Assembly (NCBI GenBank): GCA_963827685.1
Contig: CAWHBU010000004.1
Span: 576,001-640,000 of the forward strand
Direction: 5' to 3'
Length of the DNA stretch: 64,000 bases
Source of the DNA: an uncultured delta proteobacterium
Lineage (GTDB): Bacteria; Desulfobacterota; BSN033; UBA1163
This document shows positions 10,216-20,470 of this stretch, one piece after another. The notes beneath the pieces were generated by a model. It was given only the letters and a program-made list of their open reading frames with translations, was not told the DNA's origin and did not search any database. Position numbers and translations under genes: made by a program. Within the stretch, counting starts at the first letter, position 1. Each line of letters opens with the position of its first letter.

Positions 10216-10307
10216 CCCCTCTCCCTCGATGGGAGAGGGTTGGGGTGAGGGTGAAATATGAGATACAATCCCCCTCCCCTTCATCCCCTCCCACCAGGGG
10301 AGGGGGG
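10216..10307. repeat. REP-like double palindrome (CCCTCTCCC...GGGAGAGGG family)
   Basis: Two inverted GC-rich hairpins. Related copies at 11133-11288, 21361-21466 and 62448-62484. Confidence 0.75.
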
Positions 10308-10344
10308 TATAGGGTGTAATTGCTTTTAAAAGGTAAGGCTGATT

Positions 10345-11112
10345 TCAGCCTTTTTTCTTCTTCAAGATTTCAGTCAATTGCGTTACGACCTCTTCAGGAT
10401 TGCCTTTTAATATTTCTGCTGTCTTTCCAACGGGTGGGAAGAATACTTGATCGATTTTTGTATCGACGGATTCGCCGGAGGCGATGCCTATCTCCTCCAT
10501 TCCGACCTCCTTGATTTCTTTATCTTCAGCCTCTAAGATAGCAGCCAGGGAAACATATTTCGGCTCATTGATGCCTGTCTGAATGGTTAAGACAGCAGGC
10601 AGTTTAAGTTCCATAACTTCATCGATTCCACCCTCCAATTCTCTTCGGACCTTTGCCTTGTCGCCTGTCATTTCGATATGAGTCACAATGGTGGCGTGAG
10701 GAAGACCCAACATCTGCGCCAGTTCAACCCCAACCTGCCCGCCATTGTCATCCTCTGCCTGAACACCTGTTAAGATGAGATCAAAAGGCTGATTTCTAAT
10801 TGCCTGAGCGAGAATCCTGGCAATCAGATGGCCGTCTTGAGCATTAGGTTTCTCAATCCTCAATGCTTTATCTGCGCCCATGGCCAAGCATCTTGTCAAT
10901 ACCTCTTTGGACTCTTCGGGCCCGACCGTGATGACAGTCACCTCCCCCCCGTATTTCTCTTTTAAAAGGGCTGCCTCTCTGACCGCATAACCGTCCCAAT
11001 CGTTGAGGGTGAAGACCAGATGATCTTTCTTAATGTCTGTACCATCCTTCTCGATAAAAATATCCGCCTCTGCAGTCTTTGGAATCCTTTTAATACACAC
11101 CGCGATGTTCAT
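10345..11112 (-). CDS. etfB: Electron transfer flavoprotein beta subunit
   Basis: MNIAVCIKRIP, LAMGAD, GVQAEDDNGGQVG and INEPKY motifs. Confidence 0.95.
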   Translation of the reverse strand: MNIAVCIKRIPKTAEADIFIEKDGTDIKKDHLVFTLNDWDGYAVREAALLKEKYGGEVTVITVGPEESKEVLTRCLAMGADKALRIEKPNAQDGHLIARILAQAIRNQPFDLILTGVQAEDDNGGQVGVELAQMLGLPHATIVTHIEMTGDKAKVRRELEGGIDEVMELKLPAVLTIQTGINEPKYVSLAAILEAEDKEIKEVGMEEIGIASGESVDTKIDQVFFPPVGKTAEILKGNPEEVVTQLTEILKKKKG

Positions 11113-11132
11113 TGAAGTCCTCCACAGCATAA

Positions 11133-11288
11133 CTCTCCCCTCCCTTGGTGGGAGGGGATTCACCCTGTTAGATAGAATGTTTTCTGAACAACAGGGCCGA
11201 ATAAAGAACCTTATCTAACAGGGTAAAGGGGAGGGGGCCAAGAGTAACTCACCCTCACCGTCGCCCTCTCCCGTCGAGGGAGAGGGGA
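11133..11288. repeat. REP-like element with nested 63-bp inverted-repeat insert (11162-11224)
   Basis: Perfect 13-bp IR ACCCTGTTAGATA / TATCTAACAGGGT interrupts the GGGGATT-AAGGGGAGGG arm of the repeat. Confidence 0.7.
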
Positions 11289-11300
11289 AAGACAAATTCA

Positions 11301-12434
11301 TCAGACTTCCAGCGCATCAGCGACCAGCTCCGTAATGTCTTTTACCGCGATCTGATCTGCTAAGCTTGAGGTTTTTACCGCATCTTCGAGGGTTAGAAGG
11401 CAGAAAGGACAAGCTGTAGCCATCACCTTTGCGCCCAAAGCAACGGCCTCCTTCACTCGAATCTCCCCATTTCGAGTCCCCTCTGTTCCTCCTTCAGCCC
11501 ACATTCTACCCCCTCCTCCTTCACAGCATAGACTCCTTTGCTTCGATCTTTCCATCTCGGCGAATTTCAATCCGGGGATAGAAGTCAAAATTTTTCTCGG
11601 TTCGTCGAAGACGAGATTCTGTTTTCCGAGAAAGCAGGGATCCTGATAGGTGACAGGGATGTCCAACGCTTTAGACATTTTTAGCTTCCCCGTCTCGATC
11701 AGATCTGCAATGACCTGCGTATAGTGTTGGACAGGGATGGCGAGGTCCGGATATTCATTTTTGAAAGCGTTGAAGCAATGCGGTGAGATGGTGATGATTC
11801 TTTTAATTCCAGACTTTTTAAAGAGGTTCGTATTGTCCTTGGACAGTTTTTTGAAAAGGGCCTGCTCGCCCATCCTTTTGATCTCGTTTCCGCAACAGGA
11901 TTCCTTCTTCCCGAGTATCCCAAAGTCGAGGTCTGCTTTTTGAAAGATCTTCACGAGGGCCGTTGAGACATTCTGAACCCTTGGATCATAAGAAGGAGCA
12001 CAGCCCACATAGAGCAGTGTCTCCGTGGTTGCCTCTTCAAGAATCTTTACTCCAAGATCTTTTGCCCAATCTGCCCTCCGATCACGGAATCGTCCCCATG
12101 GATTTCCCTGCAGAAGGGTATTTTCAAGGGCATCCCTGATGGTTGAGGGGACCTCGCCTTGATTGGCAAGAAAATTTCGTATCCCCATGATCAGCTCAAC
12201 GTTTTTTACTCCGGCAGGACAGCGAAGGCTGCAAGTGCTGCAGGTGGTGCAGGCCCATAATTCAGGCCTTTTAAATAACGGAGAAGGGTTAGCCGTGAAG
12301 CTTGTCTCCCTGACCAACCTTCTCATATTTAAAGGGGATCTGAATTTAATCGGGCATCCACCCGTGCACATTCCGCACTGGATGCATAATGTGAGATGAT
12401 AGTCCTGGACAAAAGTCTTAGGGTCTATTTTCAT
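11301..12434 (-). CDS. HdrD/GlpC-like Fe-S oxidoreductase (two 4Fe-4S motifs + two CCG domains), soluble
   Basis: CIQCGMCTGGCP, CTTCSTCSLRCP, SCCG, DPC, CCEGGGG and TACPFC. No transmembrane stretch. Confidence 0.88.
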   Translation of the reverse strand: MKIDPKTFVQDYHLTLCIQCGMCTGGCPIKFRSPLNMRRLVRETSFTANPSPLFKRPELWACTTCSTCSLRCPAGVKNVELIMGIRNFLANQGEVPSTIRDALENTLLQGNPWGRFRDRRADWAKDLGVKILEEATTETLLYVGCAPSYDPRVQNVSTALVKIFQKADLDFGILGKKESCCGNEIKRMGEQALFKKLSKDNTNLFKKSGIKRIITISPHCFNAFKNEYPDLAIPVQHYTQVIADLIETGKLKMSKALDIPVTYQDPCFLGKQNLVFDEPRKILTSIPGLKFAEMERSKQRSLCCEGGGGRMWAEGGTEGTRNGEIRVKEAVALGAKVMATACPFCLLTLEDAVKTSSLADQIAVKDITELVADALEV

Positions 12435-12520
12435 TTAGTATCGTTTTGGAACCTTATTCTGAAATTTGAAATTTTTTTTCTCTTTCCTTATTCCGCAATC
12501 CGCACTCCACAATCCGCAAT

Positions 12521-14470
12521 CTAGGTCACAACGCCTTCCACCTCTGCCAAGACCTGATGTTGGGTGAAATGGTTCTGTCTGGCTGCCTTATTAGGACAGA
12601 TTGCCGTGCAGGCGCCGCAGCCCTTACATAGAGCTTCGTTGACCGATGAGATCCCTTTGATATCAAGAAAATCGATTGCCGAATAAGGACAGATCTCGAT
12701 ACATAATTTGCAACCCGCACAGAGTGCGGGGTCGATCACGGCTGTGGTGGGTTCGACTTCGATCTGTCCTTTGGTCCCCAGAGCGGCTGCCTCGGCTGCC
12801 GCTGCAGAGGCGTGGGCCACTGTATCAGGAATATCCTTAGGTGCCTGACAGCATCCTGCCAAGAAAATTCCATCTACATTCGTACTCACGGGTTTCAGTT
12901 TAGGATGGGCCTCCATAAAGAAACCATCCGCACTCCGGCTGATTCCAAATACCTGTGCAAGCTTTTCGGCATCACGGCGTGCAGTTAAACCGGTTCCCAG
13001 GACGACCATATCTACGGGTATCTCCAAAGGAGTTCCGAGAAGGGTATCTTCTGCGGCGACGACGAGACGGCCATCCCGTTTAAAAATCTCAGAACCTTTT
13101 CCGCGAATAAAGTAGATTCCCTCTTCACGGACCCTCTTATAGAATTCCTGATACCCTTTTCCAAAGGCGTTGATGTCGATATAGAATTCATAAACCTCAG
13201 CACGGGTCTTTTCTTTTGCAAGATGGGCTTGTTTCATCGAAGCCATACAGCAGACCCTGGAGCAATAGAGGTTGGTATTTTCGTCACGGCTTCCGATGCA
13301 GTGGAGAAAGGCAATTCCCTTTGGGACCGTTCCTTCCTTGATCAACACTTCTCCGCTGGTCGGTCCGGAAGGGCTTGCGAGCCTTTCAAACTGGAGGTTG
13401 GTGATGACATTTTCATAAACGCCATACCCGTACTGGGGAAGGAGATGGGGGTCGAATAAATCGTACCCGGTGGCGATGATGATGGACCCCACTTCTTTCT
13501 CGATCATTTCCTCTTTCTGATCGAAATGAATGGCTTCTGCCTTGCAGGCTTCCACACAAGTCTTTTTACATTTCCCTTTGCTTAATAAGAGACAACTCTC
13601 TTTATCCACCACTGCCTTCAAAGGAACGGCTTGCGGGAATGCGATATAGATGGCTCTTCGCCTGCTCATCCCCTCTTCAAACTCTGAGGGCACCCCTTTT
13701 TTCAAAACGCAGGCCTCTGTGCAATCCCCACAGCCGGTGCACCGACTAAAATCCACGTAGGTGGGATGTCTTTTGATGGTCACGGTAAAGTTCCCGACAT
13801 AACCTTTCACCTCTTCCACTTCGGAACAGACGAGGAGTTCAATATTTTTATTTCGAGCCACCTCAACGGTTTTAGGTGTGAAGATGCAAGAGGCGCAGTC
13901 CAGGGTAGGGAAGGTCTTATCCAGTTGGGCCATGTGGCCTCCGATATAGGGGGCCTTTTCAACCAGATAGACTTTTATTCCTTCATTAGCAATGGTTAAG
14001 GCTGCCTGAATTCCAGCGATTCCGGCTCCAACGACTAAAACGGAAGGTTTGATCTCCACCTTTCTTGGGGTGAGCCCTTCTTGACGGAGAACCCTTGCCA
14101 CAGCTGCCCGAAGAAGTTGCTTGGCCTTCTCTGTAGCTTCTTCCTTATCTCTATGAACCCAGGAGCACTGTTCACGGATATTGGCAATATTGAGATAATA
14201 AGGATTGAGCCCTTCTGAGGAGATGGCATTTCGAAAGGTCATCTCATGCATTCGGGGAGAGCAGGCAGCGACCACCACCCGATCGATAGAGAGTTCGCGG
14301 ATATCCTTTTTGATCAAATCCTGTCCGGGGTCGGAGCAGAGATAACGGTAGTCCCGGGCTGCCTTCACTCCGGGAAGGGTGCCGGCGAAACTGGAAAGCT
14401 CATGACAATCCACTGTGGCAGCGATATTGGTACCACAGTGACAGATGTAGACACCAATCTGTTTCTTCAT
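12521..14470 (-). CDS. hdrA: Heterodisulfide reductase subunit A-like flavoprotein
   Basis: GVYICHCG, ACSP, NIREQCSWVH, GAGIAG, LDKTFPTLDCASC, CIGSRD, YCSRVCCM and C-terminal ferredoxin. No MvhD fusion. Confidence 0.95.
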   Translation of the reverse strand: MKKQIGVYICHCGTNIAATVDCHELSSFAGTLPGVKAARDYRYLCSDPGQDLIKKDIRELSIDRVVVAACSPRMHEMTFRNAISSEGLNPYYLNIANIREQCSWVHRDKEEATEKAKQLLRAAVARVLRQEGLTPRKVEIKPSVLVVGAGIAGIQAALTIANEGIKVYLVEKAPYIGGHMAQLDKTFPTLDCASCIFTPKTVEVARNKNIELLVCSEVEEVKGYVGNFTVTIKRHPTYVDFSRCTGCGDCTEACVLKKGVPSEFEEGMSRRRAIYIAFPQAVPLKAVVDKESCLLLSKGKCKKTCVEACKAEAIHFDQKEEMIEKEVGSIIIATGYDLFDPHLLPQYGYGVYENVITNLQFERLASPSGPTSGEVLIKEGTVPKGIAFLHCIGSRDENTNLYCSRVCCMASMKQAHLAKEKTRAEVYEFYIDINAFGKGYQEFYKRVREEGIYFIRGKGSEIFKRDGRLVVAAEDTLLGTPLEIPVDMVVLGTGLTARRDAEKLAQVFGISRSADGFFMEAHPKLKPVSTNVDGIFLAGCCQAPKDIPDTVAHASAAAAEAAALGTKGQIEVEPTTAVIDPALCAGCKLCIEICPYSAIDFLDIKGISSVNEALCKGCGACTAICPNKAARQNHFTQHQVLAEVEGVVT

Positions 14471-14604
14471 CAAACTAAATTCCAGTGAACAAATTCCAAA
14501 TTACAAATAATTTCCAATTTCCCAATGTCCGAATACCCAAACTGAATACCTCGAAAACCGGTTCTCGGTTTGATATTTTGGTCATATCACGGAGACGGAA
14601 CACG

Positions 14605-14624
14605 CCTGCCTGCCGGTAGGCAGG
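14605..14624. repeat. Short palindromic repeat CCTGCCTGCCGGTAGGCAGG family
   Basis: Related copies at 21391-21408, 43873-43892 and 60978-60995. Confidence 0.7.
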
Positions 14625-14644
14625 GACACGAGTCACGCTATTTT

Positions 14645-15793
14645 CTACGTCATGCCGAGGAGACGACGGCCAATGGCCATCTTCTGGATTTCTTTTGTTC
14701 CCTCATAGATCTCAAGGAGCTTGGCTGCACGGTAGAAACGTTCGATGGGGTAATCATCCAAGTATCCATATCCACCATGGAGCTGAAGTGCCTCATCCAC
14801 CACCCTGACGGCAACCTGGCAAGCCCACCATTTTGCCATGGCTGACAGTTGGGAATCGATATTTCCCCGGTCGAGATTCCAACAAGCCTTATAGGTTATG
14901 GACCTGGCCGTTTCGATGAGCGTTGCCATCTCAGCAATCTTAAATTGAGTCACCTGAAAAGAGGCGATCGTCTTCCCAAATTGTTTTCTCTTTTTTACAT
15001 AATCAATCGCTTGTTCCATTGCACCCTGGGCAAGGCCGACTCCATCACCCGCTATCATCACCCTTGAATAGTCGAGAAACTTCATCAATTGGATGAACCC
15101 ATTGCCTTCACCGCCCACCAAGTTTTCCTTCGGGACCCTTACATTATTGAAATAGACATTCGCCGTATCGGATGCATGAAGCCCCATTTTTCCATGAATT
15201 CTATCCGCCTTGTATCCAGGTCGATCCGTCTCCACCAGAAGAATGCTGTGTCGGCTTGATTTTGAGGTTTCTTCAGGATGGGTTAAACAGTAGACCAGAA
15301 GAAATTTGGCTTCCGTGCCATTGCTGATCATAACCTTATTGCCATTGATCACATACTCATCCCCCACTCTCTCCGCTCGAGCCGTTGCAGAGGCTGCATC
15401 GCTTCCAGCCTCAGGCTCAGTGATGGCAAAACCCATGACCCAGTCCCCTTTGACTAAGGGGGAAAGGTACTTCTTCTTCTGATCCTCAGAGCCATAGAGT
15501 AACAGTTCTTGGGCACCAAATGTCGTCTGAGAAAACACTTGGCCAAGCCCGGGTTCGGCCCTCCAGAATTCCTCCAGGATGATGCTGTGTTCAAGAGAAC
15601 CCAGGCCAAGGCCGCCATACTCTTTCTTGATATAGACACCGACGAAACCCAGCTGAGCTGCTTTCTTGATGAGATCTCTTGGAAACTCTCTTTTGGCCTC
15701 ACACTCTTTACCAATGGGTGCCAGTTCACCTTCAGCGAATTCTCGGGCAGCTAAACGGATCTGCTTTTGCCGGTTGGTCAGTTCGAAATCCAT
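14645..15793 (-). CDS. Acyl-CoA dehydrogenase
   Basis: FAITEPEAGSD, RKQFGK, QLHGGYG and IYEGT motifs. Confidence 0.95.
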   Translation of the reverse strand: MDFELTNRQKQIRLAAREFAEGELAPIGKECEAKREFPRDLIKKAAQLGFVGVYIKKEYGGLGLGSLEHSIILEEFWRAEPGLGQVFSQTTFGAQELLLYGSEDQKKKYLSPLVKGDWVMGFAITEPEAGSDAASATARAERVGDEYVINGNKVMISNGTEAKFLLVYCLTHPEETSKSSRHSILLVETDRPGYKADRIHGKMGLHASDTANVYFNNVRVPKENLVGGEGNGFIQLMKFLDYSRVMIAGDGVGLAQGAMEQAIDYVKKRKQFGKTIASFQVTQFKIAEMATLIETARSITYKACWNLDRGNIDSQLSAMAKWWACQVAVRVVDEALQLHGGYGYLDDYPIERFYRAAKLLEIYEGTKEIQKMAIGRRLLGMT

Positions 15794-15944
15794 AGTGACT
15801 CCAATTACCCAAAGTGAAGTTGTTTGTATGTGAAAATTTTAATACAAAAATTATAATACAAATTCAGAATTAGCGGAAGACAAGGAATGAACTTTGATTG
15901 GGAGATGCAATGGGTTGTACTCGTTTTATTCCATGGAAAAGGGG

Positions 15945-17585
15945 TCATTCTGCCTTTTCAAATCTTTTTCGTTCTTCTGCTCTTAGCTCACGTCTGAGAA
16001 GCTTGCCTACCTTGGATTTAGGAAGCATATCGCGGAATTCTATATATTGCGGGACTTTGTACGGGGCTAACCTCTCGCGGCACCACTTGAGGAGATCATA
16101 GGCGCTCACACCCTTTACATCCTCCTTAAGAACTGCAAAGGCTTTGATCCTTTCGCCGACCTTCTCATCCGGAACACCCACCACACAGGCAGAGATCACC
16201 GCAGGATGTTCCTGCAATACGGCTTCTATTTCTGAAACAGCTACACGATAACCCTTGTGCTTGAGTGTGTCCACAGATCGATCTAAATAGAAGAGCCAAT
16301 CATTCTGGTCTATTCGCACGATATCACGCGTCCGGTACCAGAGTTTCCCGTCTATCTCGATAAAGCATTCGGCGGTCTCTTCAGGTTTGTTCCAGTAAGC
16401 CAGGACCATATGCTCAGAGGAGACCAACAATTCTCCCGGTTCACCAGGAGGAGCGGGTTCAAGCGTGTCGGGATCCACAAGCCTGACCTTCTGAAGAGGT
16501 GTTACCCTGCCCGCACTTCCAGCTGGAGCCTGTTCATCCATTGGAGTGAGAGACACACGGCCACAAGTCTCAGTCGCTCCATACCCTTGATAGATGGGTT
16601 TCCCAAACTTTTTGAACCACCTCTCAGCCACCTCTTTGGGTAGGACATCACCACCGGAGAAGCAGTATCTGAGCGAGCTGAGGTTATAATAGTCCACTCG
16701 GTCATGCTCAAGGATCATGCGGTATATTGCAGGGACACCAAAGAAGGTTAGTATTTTATATCTTTCAATGTGGTCAAAAAGCCCGTCCAGATTCACTCTG
16801 GGGAGCAATACGACAGTATCGCCAGAAAGGATTCCTCCTAGACCCACTTGTTGACCAAGAATATGGAAAAGCGGACCTCCTTGAATGACGATGTCTTCCC
16901 CCTTGGGAATAAAGCGTTCACTTACTGCCCTCTGCTCAGCCGCCGCTTCCAGAAATAGAATGTTTGTAAAGGGCACCCCTTTGGGGAGACCGGTGGTGCC
17001 TCCCGTGTAAAGCATTTCAACCATTTCTTCAGGCTCTGTCTTTAAGGATGGCAGAACAGAAACAGGGCCGCTTTTTAGCAGTTTTTTAAAACGGAAGATA
17101 TTCCCTCCGGAATTAAACTTCCCTACCGGAATTTTATTAAAACCCCTTCCAATTAACCATTTCCACCAGGGAAGAAGTTCAGCCAAATTGGTGACGATCA
17201 CTCTCTTCAATTTGGTTTCAGGAAGAACCTGTGTGACATACCCAAAGTTGGTATCCAGACAAAAGATGGTCTCCGCTCCGCTGTCATTGGCCATGTATTC
17301 GATATCAATGGGCGTATAGATTGGCGAGATAGGGATGGCAATAGCACCGATGCGTTGCAAAGCAAGCCAGGTGATGACCCACTGTGGACAATTAGGGAGA
17401 TAAAGGACGGCCTTATCTCCTTTTGACACACCCATTCTGTGAAGACTGGCAGCCAGACTCTCAACCGCTTCGCGCAACTGAGAATAACCGTACTGCATGC
17501 CTAGGTAAACAAGGGCTGGTTTCTCCGAGAAATCCCGACAGACTTTTTCGAACTGCTCATAAATGGAACCAAGGTTTATTTCCAT
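15945..17585 (-). CDS. Acyl-CoA synthetase / long-chain fatty acid-CoA ligase family
   Basis: YTGGTTGLPKG, QGYGATE and LPKSKVGK AMP-binding motifs. Confidence 0.93.
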   Translation of the reverse strand: MEINLGSIYEQFEKVCRDFSEKPALVYLGMQYGYSQLREAVESLAASLHRMGVSKGDKAVLYLPNCPQWVITWLALQRIGAIAIPISPIYTPIDIEYMANDSGAETIFCLDTNFGYVTQVLPETKLKRVIVTNLAELLPWWKWLIGRGFNKIPVGKFNSGGNIFRFKKLLKSGPVSVLPSLKTEPEEMVEMLYTGGTTGLPKGVPFTNILFLEAAAEQRAVSERFIPKGEDIVIQGGPLFHILGQQVGLGGILSGDTVVLLPRVNLDGLFDHIERYKILTFFGVPAIYRMILEHDRVDYYNLSSLRYCFSGGDVLPKEVAERWFKKFGKPIYQGYGATETCGRVSLTPMDEQAPAGSAGRVTPLQKVRLVDPDTLEPAPPGEPGELLVSSEHMVLAYWNKPEETAECFIEIDGKLWYRTRDIVRIDQNDWLFYLDRSVDTLKHKGYRVAVSEIEAVLQEHPAVISACVVGVPDEKVGERIKAFAVLKEDVKGVSAYDLLKWCRERLAPYKVPQYIEFRDMLPKSKVGKLLRRELRAEERKRFEKAE

Positions 17586-17750
17586 TACGTTAATCCCCAA
17601 CCCAATGGGATACCATCGACACTGAATTCCAAATGCCAAAATCTCCTGCTAAGGCGGGATCAAATGAATGACAAATGTCTTAATGTCAATTTAGACTTTG
17701 GAATTCGAGCTTCATTTGAAATCTGAACTTTGCCATTTGACATTAGCAGG

Positions 17751-18506
17751 CTATACTCCAAAATAAGCTGCTTTCACCTCCGGGTTATCCATCAATTCCT
17801 GTCCTGTCCCAGAGAGGACGTGTATCCCGTTCTCTATGACATACCCTCGATCAATAATGGGTAGAAGGGGCCTGGCGAACTGTTCCGTAACCAGAATGGT
17901 TACACCTTCCCCCCGAATTTGCTTGATGGCCCGTCTCAGATCGCGCTGTAAAACTGGAGAGAGCCCAAGCAAGGGCTCGTCCATCAGGAGGAGGCGGGGC
18001 TTGGTCATCAATGTCATGCCAATGGCGAGCATCTGTTGTTCTCCGCCGCTACAGAACCCAGCCTTTCTTTTCTTTATATCTTTTAAATGAAAAAAGACGG
18101 AGTAAACGAAATCGAAGGTTTTCTTTATCTCAGAATCTCTTCGAAGGTAGGTAGCGATCCTCAAATTTTCTTCTACACTGCTGTCAGGAAAGATCGGATG
18201 TCTTTCTCGACTTAAAACGATCCCTTTTTTAACCCTTTTGTCAGGCTCAATGTTCGTAATATCTTCACCTTCGAACCTCACCTCACCCAGTAGAGTAATT
18301 CTCTCGCCCCCCCTGCGGTCTTCTTTCCTCTTGATGTCAATCATCAAACCGGAAATCGTGTTCATCAAAGTCGTTTTCCCAGCGCTGTTTGAACCGAGAA
18401 TACCGACAATCTCTTCCTTCCGGACCTCCAGACTGAGATCGTTGATGGCAAGGGAGTTTTCGAAAAAGACCATCAGGTTTTTTACCTCAAGCATCTCAGT
18501 CCTCAT
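17751..18506 (-). CDS. LIV ABC ATPase (LivF-like)
   Basis: GSNSAGKTT, CSGGEQQM, DEPLLGL. Short charged insert after Walker A. Confidence 0.9.
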   Translation of the reverse strand: MRTEMLEVKNLMVFFENSLAINDLSLEVRKEEIVGILGSNSAGKTTLMNTISGLMIDIKRKEDRRGGERITLLGEVRFEGEDITNIEPDKRVKKGIVLSRERHPIFPDSSVEENLRIATYLRRDSEIKKTFDFVYSVFFHLKDIKKRKAGFCSGGEQQMLAIGMTLMTKPRLLLMDEPLLGLSPVLQRDLRRAIKQIRGEGVTILVTEQFARPLLPIIDRGYVIENGIHVLSGTGQELMDNPEVKAAYFGV

Positions 18507-19254
18507 CCTCACTTCCAAGATAGGCTGCTTTCACGGCCTCGTTTTCCATCATCTCACGAGGAGGTCCGTCGGCAATTTTAGCTCCAAAATTCAGTGCGAT
18601 GACTCGATGAGCAATTCGGAAGAGCTCTTTTAGCCGGTGCTCCACCATGATGATGCTTAAACCCTCATAGTTCAGTTTTTCGATGATGGGCAGGGTACTG
18701 GCAACCTCTGACATGGACATCCCTGAGAAAAGTTCATCAAGAATAAGCAAATCTGGTCGAAGGGCCAGGCAGCGTGCCAGTTCCAAACGCTTGAGATAAC
18801 CGTGCGGGAGACTGGAGGCCACTTTGTAAGGAACAGAGGAGTCACGTTCGAAACCGACATCTTCCAGAAGATCAATGGCAACATCATCCCGATCACCGTA
18901 TTTACCTCCCCTCAACTTCTTCACCCGGGTAGAATATAAGGGGATGATGAGGTTCTTGAAGGCCGACAGTTGATAAAACGGCTTCACCATCTGGAAGGTG
19001 CGAGCAATTCCTAATTCTGCGATCTTGTAAGGCATATTACCCGTGATGTTCTTCCCCCCGTAAATCACCTTTCCAGAATCCGGTCTCACAAAACCTGTTA
19101 GCAAGTTGACCAGCGTGGTCTTTCCGGAACCGTTTGGGCCGATGATGCCAAGAAGCTCCCCTTTTTGCAAAGAAAAGTTTACCCTGACAATGGCAGCTAC
19201 TCCACCAAAGTTTTTACTTATTTCTTCGACCTTTAAAATGGCCCCGTCTTCCAT
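18496..19254 (-). CDS. LIV ABC ATPase (LivG-like)
   Basis: GPNGSGKTT, RTFQ, LDE, VEH and AYLG motifs. Confidence 0.9.
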   Translation of the reverse strand: MEDGAILKVEEISKNFGGVAAIVRVNFSLQKGELLGIIGPNGSGKTTLVNLLTGFVRPDSGKVIYGGKNITGNMPYKIAELGIARTFQMVKPFYQLSAFKNLIIPLYSTRVKKLRGGKYGDRDDVAIDLLEDVGFERDSSVPYKVASSLPHGYLKRLELARCLALRPDLLILDELFSGMSMSEVASTLPIIEKLNYEGLSIIMVEHRLKELFRIAHRVIALNFGAKIADGPPREMMENEAVKAAYLGSEDED

Positions 19255-19255
19255 C

Positions 19256-20278
19256 TTACCCCACATCCACCATTCTTTCGAATTGGTGATACTTTCTCCT
19301 TATGTAGTGAAAGACTCCTTCAGGAAGCCCCACAATGCAAATGATCAGAATAGCGGAGTAGAATACCACTCTCAATGTTCCAACGGCGCGAAGGACTTCA
19401 GAAAGAGGCATCAGAATAAAAGCGCCTATCGTTGGACCGGCGAAGCTTCCCACTCCGCCCAAAACAGCAGCGGTCAAAGGTAAGATCGAATAATCCATTG
19501 CGAAGGCAGCCATTCCCACGACCTGGCTGTAATGTGTCATGAAAGCTCCAGCAAACGCCCCTGCCAGACCGGCAATGAAAACCGCTTGGGCCTTGAACCA
19601 GTAGATGTTGATTGCTCCGCTCATGACCGCCCGATCATTATCACGAATCCCTTGAAGAACCAGCCCATAATCCTCATTGATCAATCTGCGAAAACCGAAA
19701 AGGCAAATGAGCAGCGCAAAAACAGGAACATAAAGTTCAACCCATATGTTGGGAAGAGGAGAAAGGGCACTCATTCCCTCAGTTCCTCCAAGAATTTTTG
19801 TTGTCTCAATAAATCGTGCGAGCAGTAAGGGTAAGGTCAAAGTGACGATGGCAAAGTATACCCCTCTTAATCTCAGAACTGGCAAGAGTAAAAGGGTACA
19901 GAAAAATGCTCCACCCAGAGTGCCCAAAGGAATGGTTAAAATGGGTGGCAATTTAAAGGTATAATTTAAAAAGCCTGTTATATAAGCCCCTGCACCGAAG
20001 AAAAGGGCTTGACCCAAGGATATCAATCCCACAGAGGCCATCAAATCCCAACTCAAGGCAAGCAATGCGATGGTACAGGTGATCATCAAGACCTTTTCCC
20101 AATAGAGTCCAATCACCCCTTTCAATAGAGGAAGGATGAGCAAGATCATGACTGGCAAGGCTCGAGGGAGCAACAGATATAACATTTCCCTGTAAGATGA
20201 AAGGGCGAAGATATCCTCACATCTCGCCTTAATTCCCCGATCCAGTCTCTCCCTTCGTAATCTCATTGCAGAACCCAT
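19256..20278 (-). CDS. LIV ABC permease (LivM-like)
   Basis: SLGQALFFGAGAY and LRLRGVYFAIVT motifs, hydrophobic. Confidence 0.9.
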   Translation of the reverse strand: MGSAMRLRRERLDRGIKARCEDIFALSSYREMLYLLLPRALPVMILLILPLLKGVIGLYWEKVLMITCTIALLALSWDLMASVGLISLGQALFFGAGAYITGFLNYTFKLPPILTIPLGTLGGAFFCTLLLLPVLRLRGVYFAIVTLTLPLLLARFIETTKILGGTEGMSALSPLPNIWVELYVPVFALLICLFGFRRLINEDYGLVLQGIRDNDRAVMSGAINIYWFKAQAVFIAGLAGAFAGAFMTHYSQVVGMAAFAMDYSILPLTAAVLGGVGSFAGPTIGAFILMPLSEVLRAVGTLRVVFYSAILIICIVGLPEGVFHYIRRKYHQFERMVDVG

Positions 20279-20363
20279 TTGATTTGTCTTGTCCTTCCCC
20301 CTTTAACTCCCTGCTTTGCCTTTACGGATTTGGCATACTATAGTGAACGCCCCAAGAAAAGTT

Positions 20364-20427
20364 GTCGTTGCGAGGAGCGAAGCGACGTGGCAATCCCCTG
20401 AGATTGCTTCACTTCGTTCGCAATGAC
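20364..20427. repeat. REP-like element GTC(A/G)TTGCGAG...GCAATC...GATTGC...CGCAATGAC
   Basis: Nested inverted repeats. Second copy at 54567-54637. Confidence 0.8.
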
Positions 20428-20470
20428 ATTTTGAGGATGTCAACTCTTTCAAGTCGTTCATTCCGCATTC

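Noticed and set aside
10190-10294. N-terminal extensions of etfA (also etfB, UroD-like, fixC, pdhA)
   Set aside because: They run through repeat elements; downstream ATGs match family starts, most with a clear RBS.
12521-14470. Selenocysteine in HdrA
   Set aside because: The ORF is uninterrupted and has Cys at all motifs.
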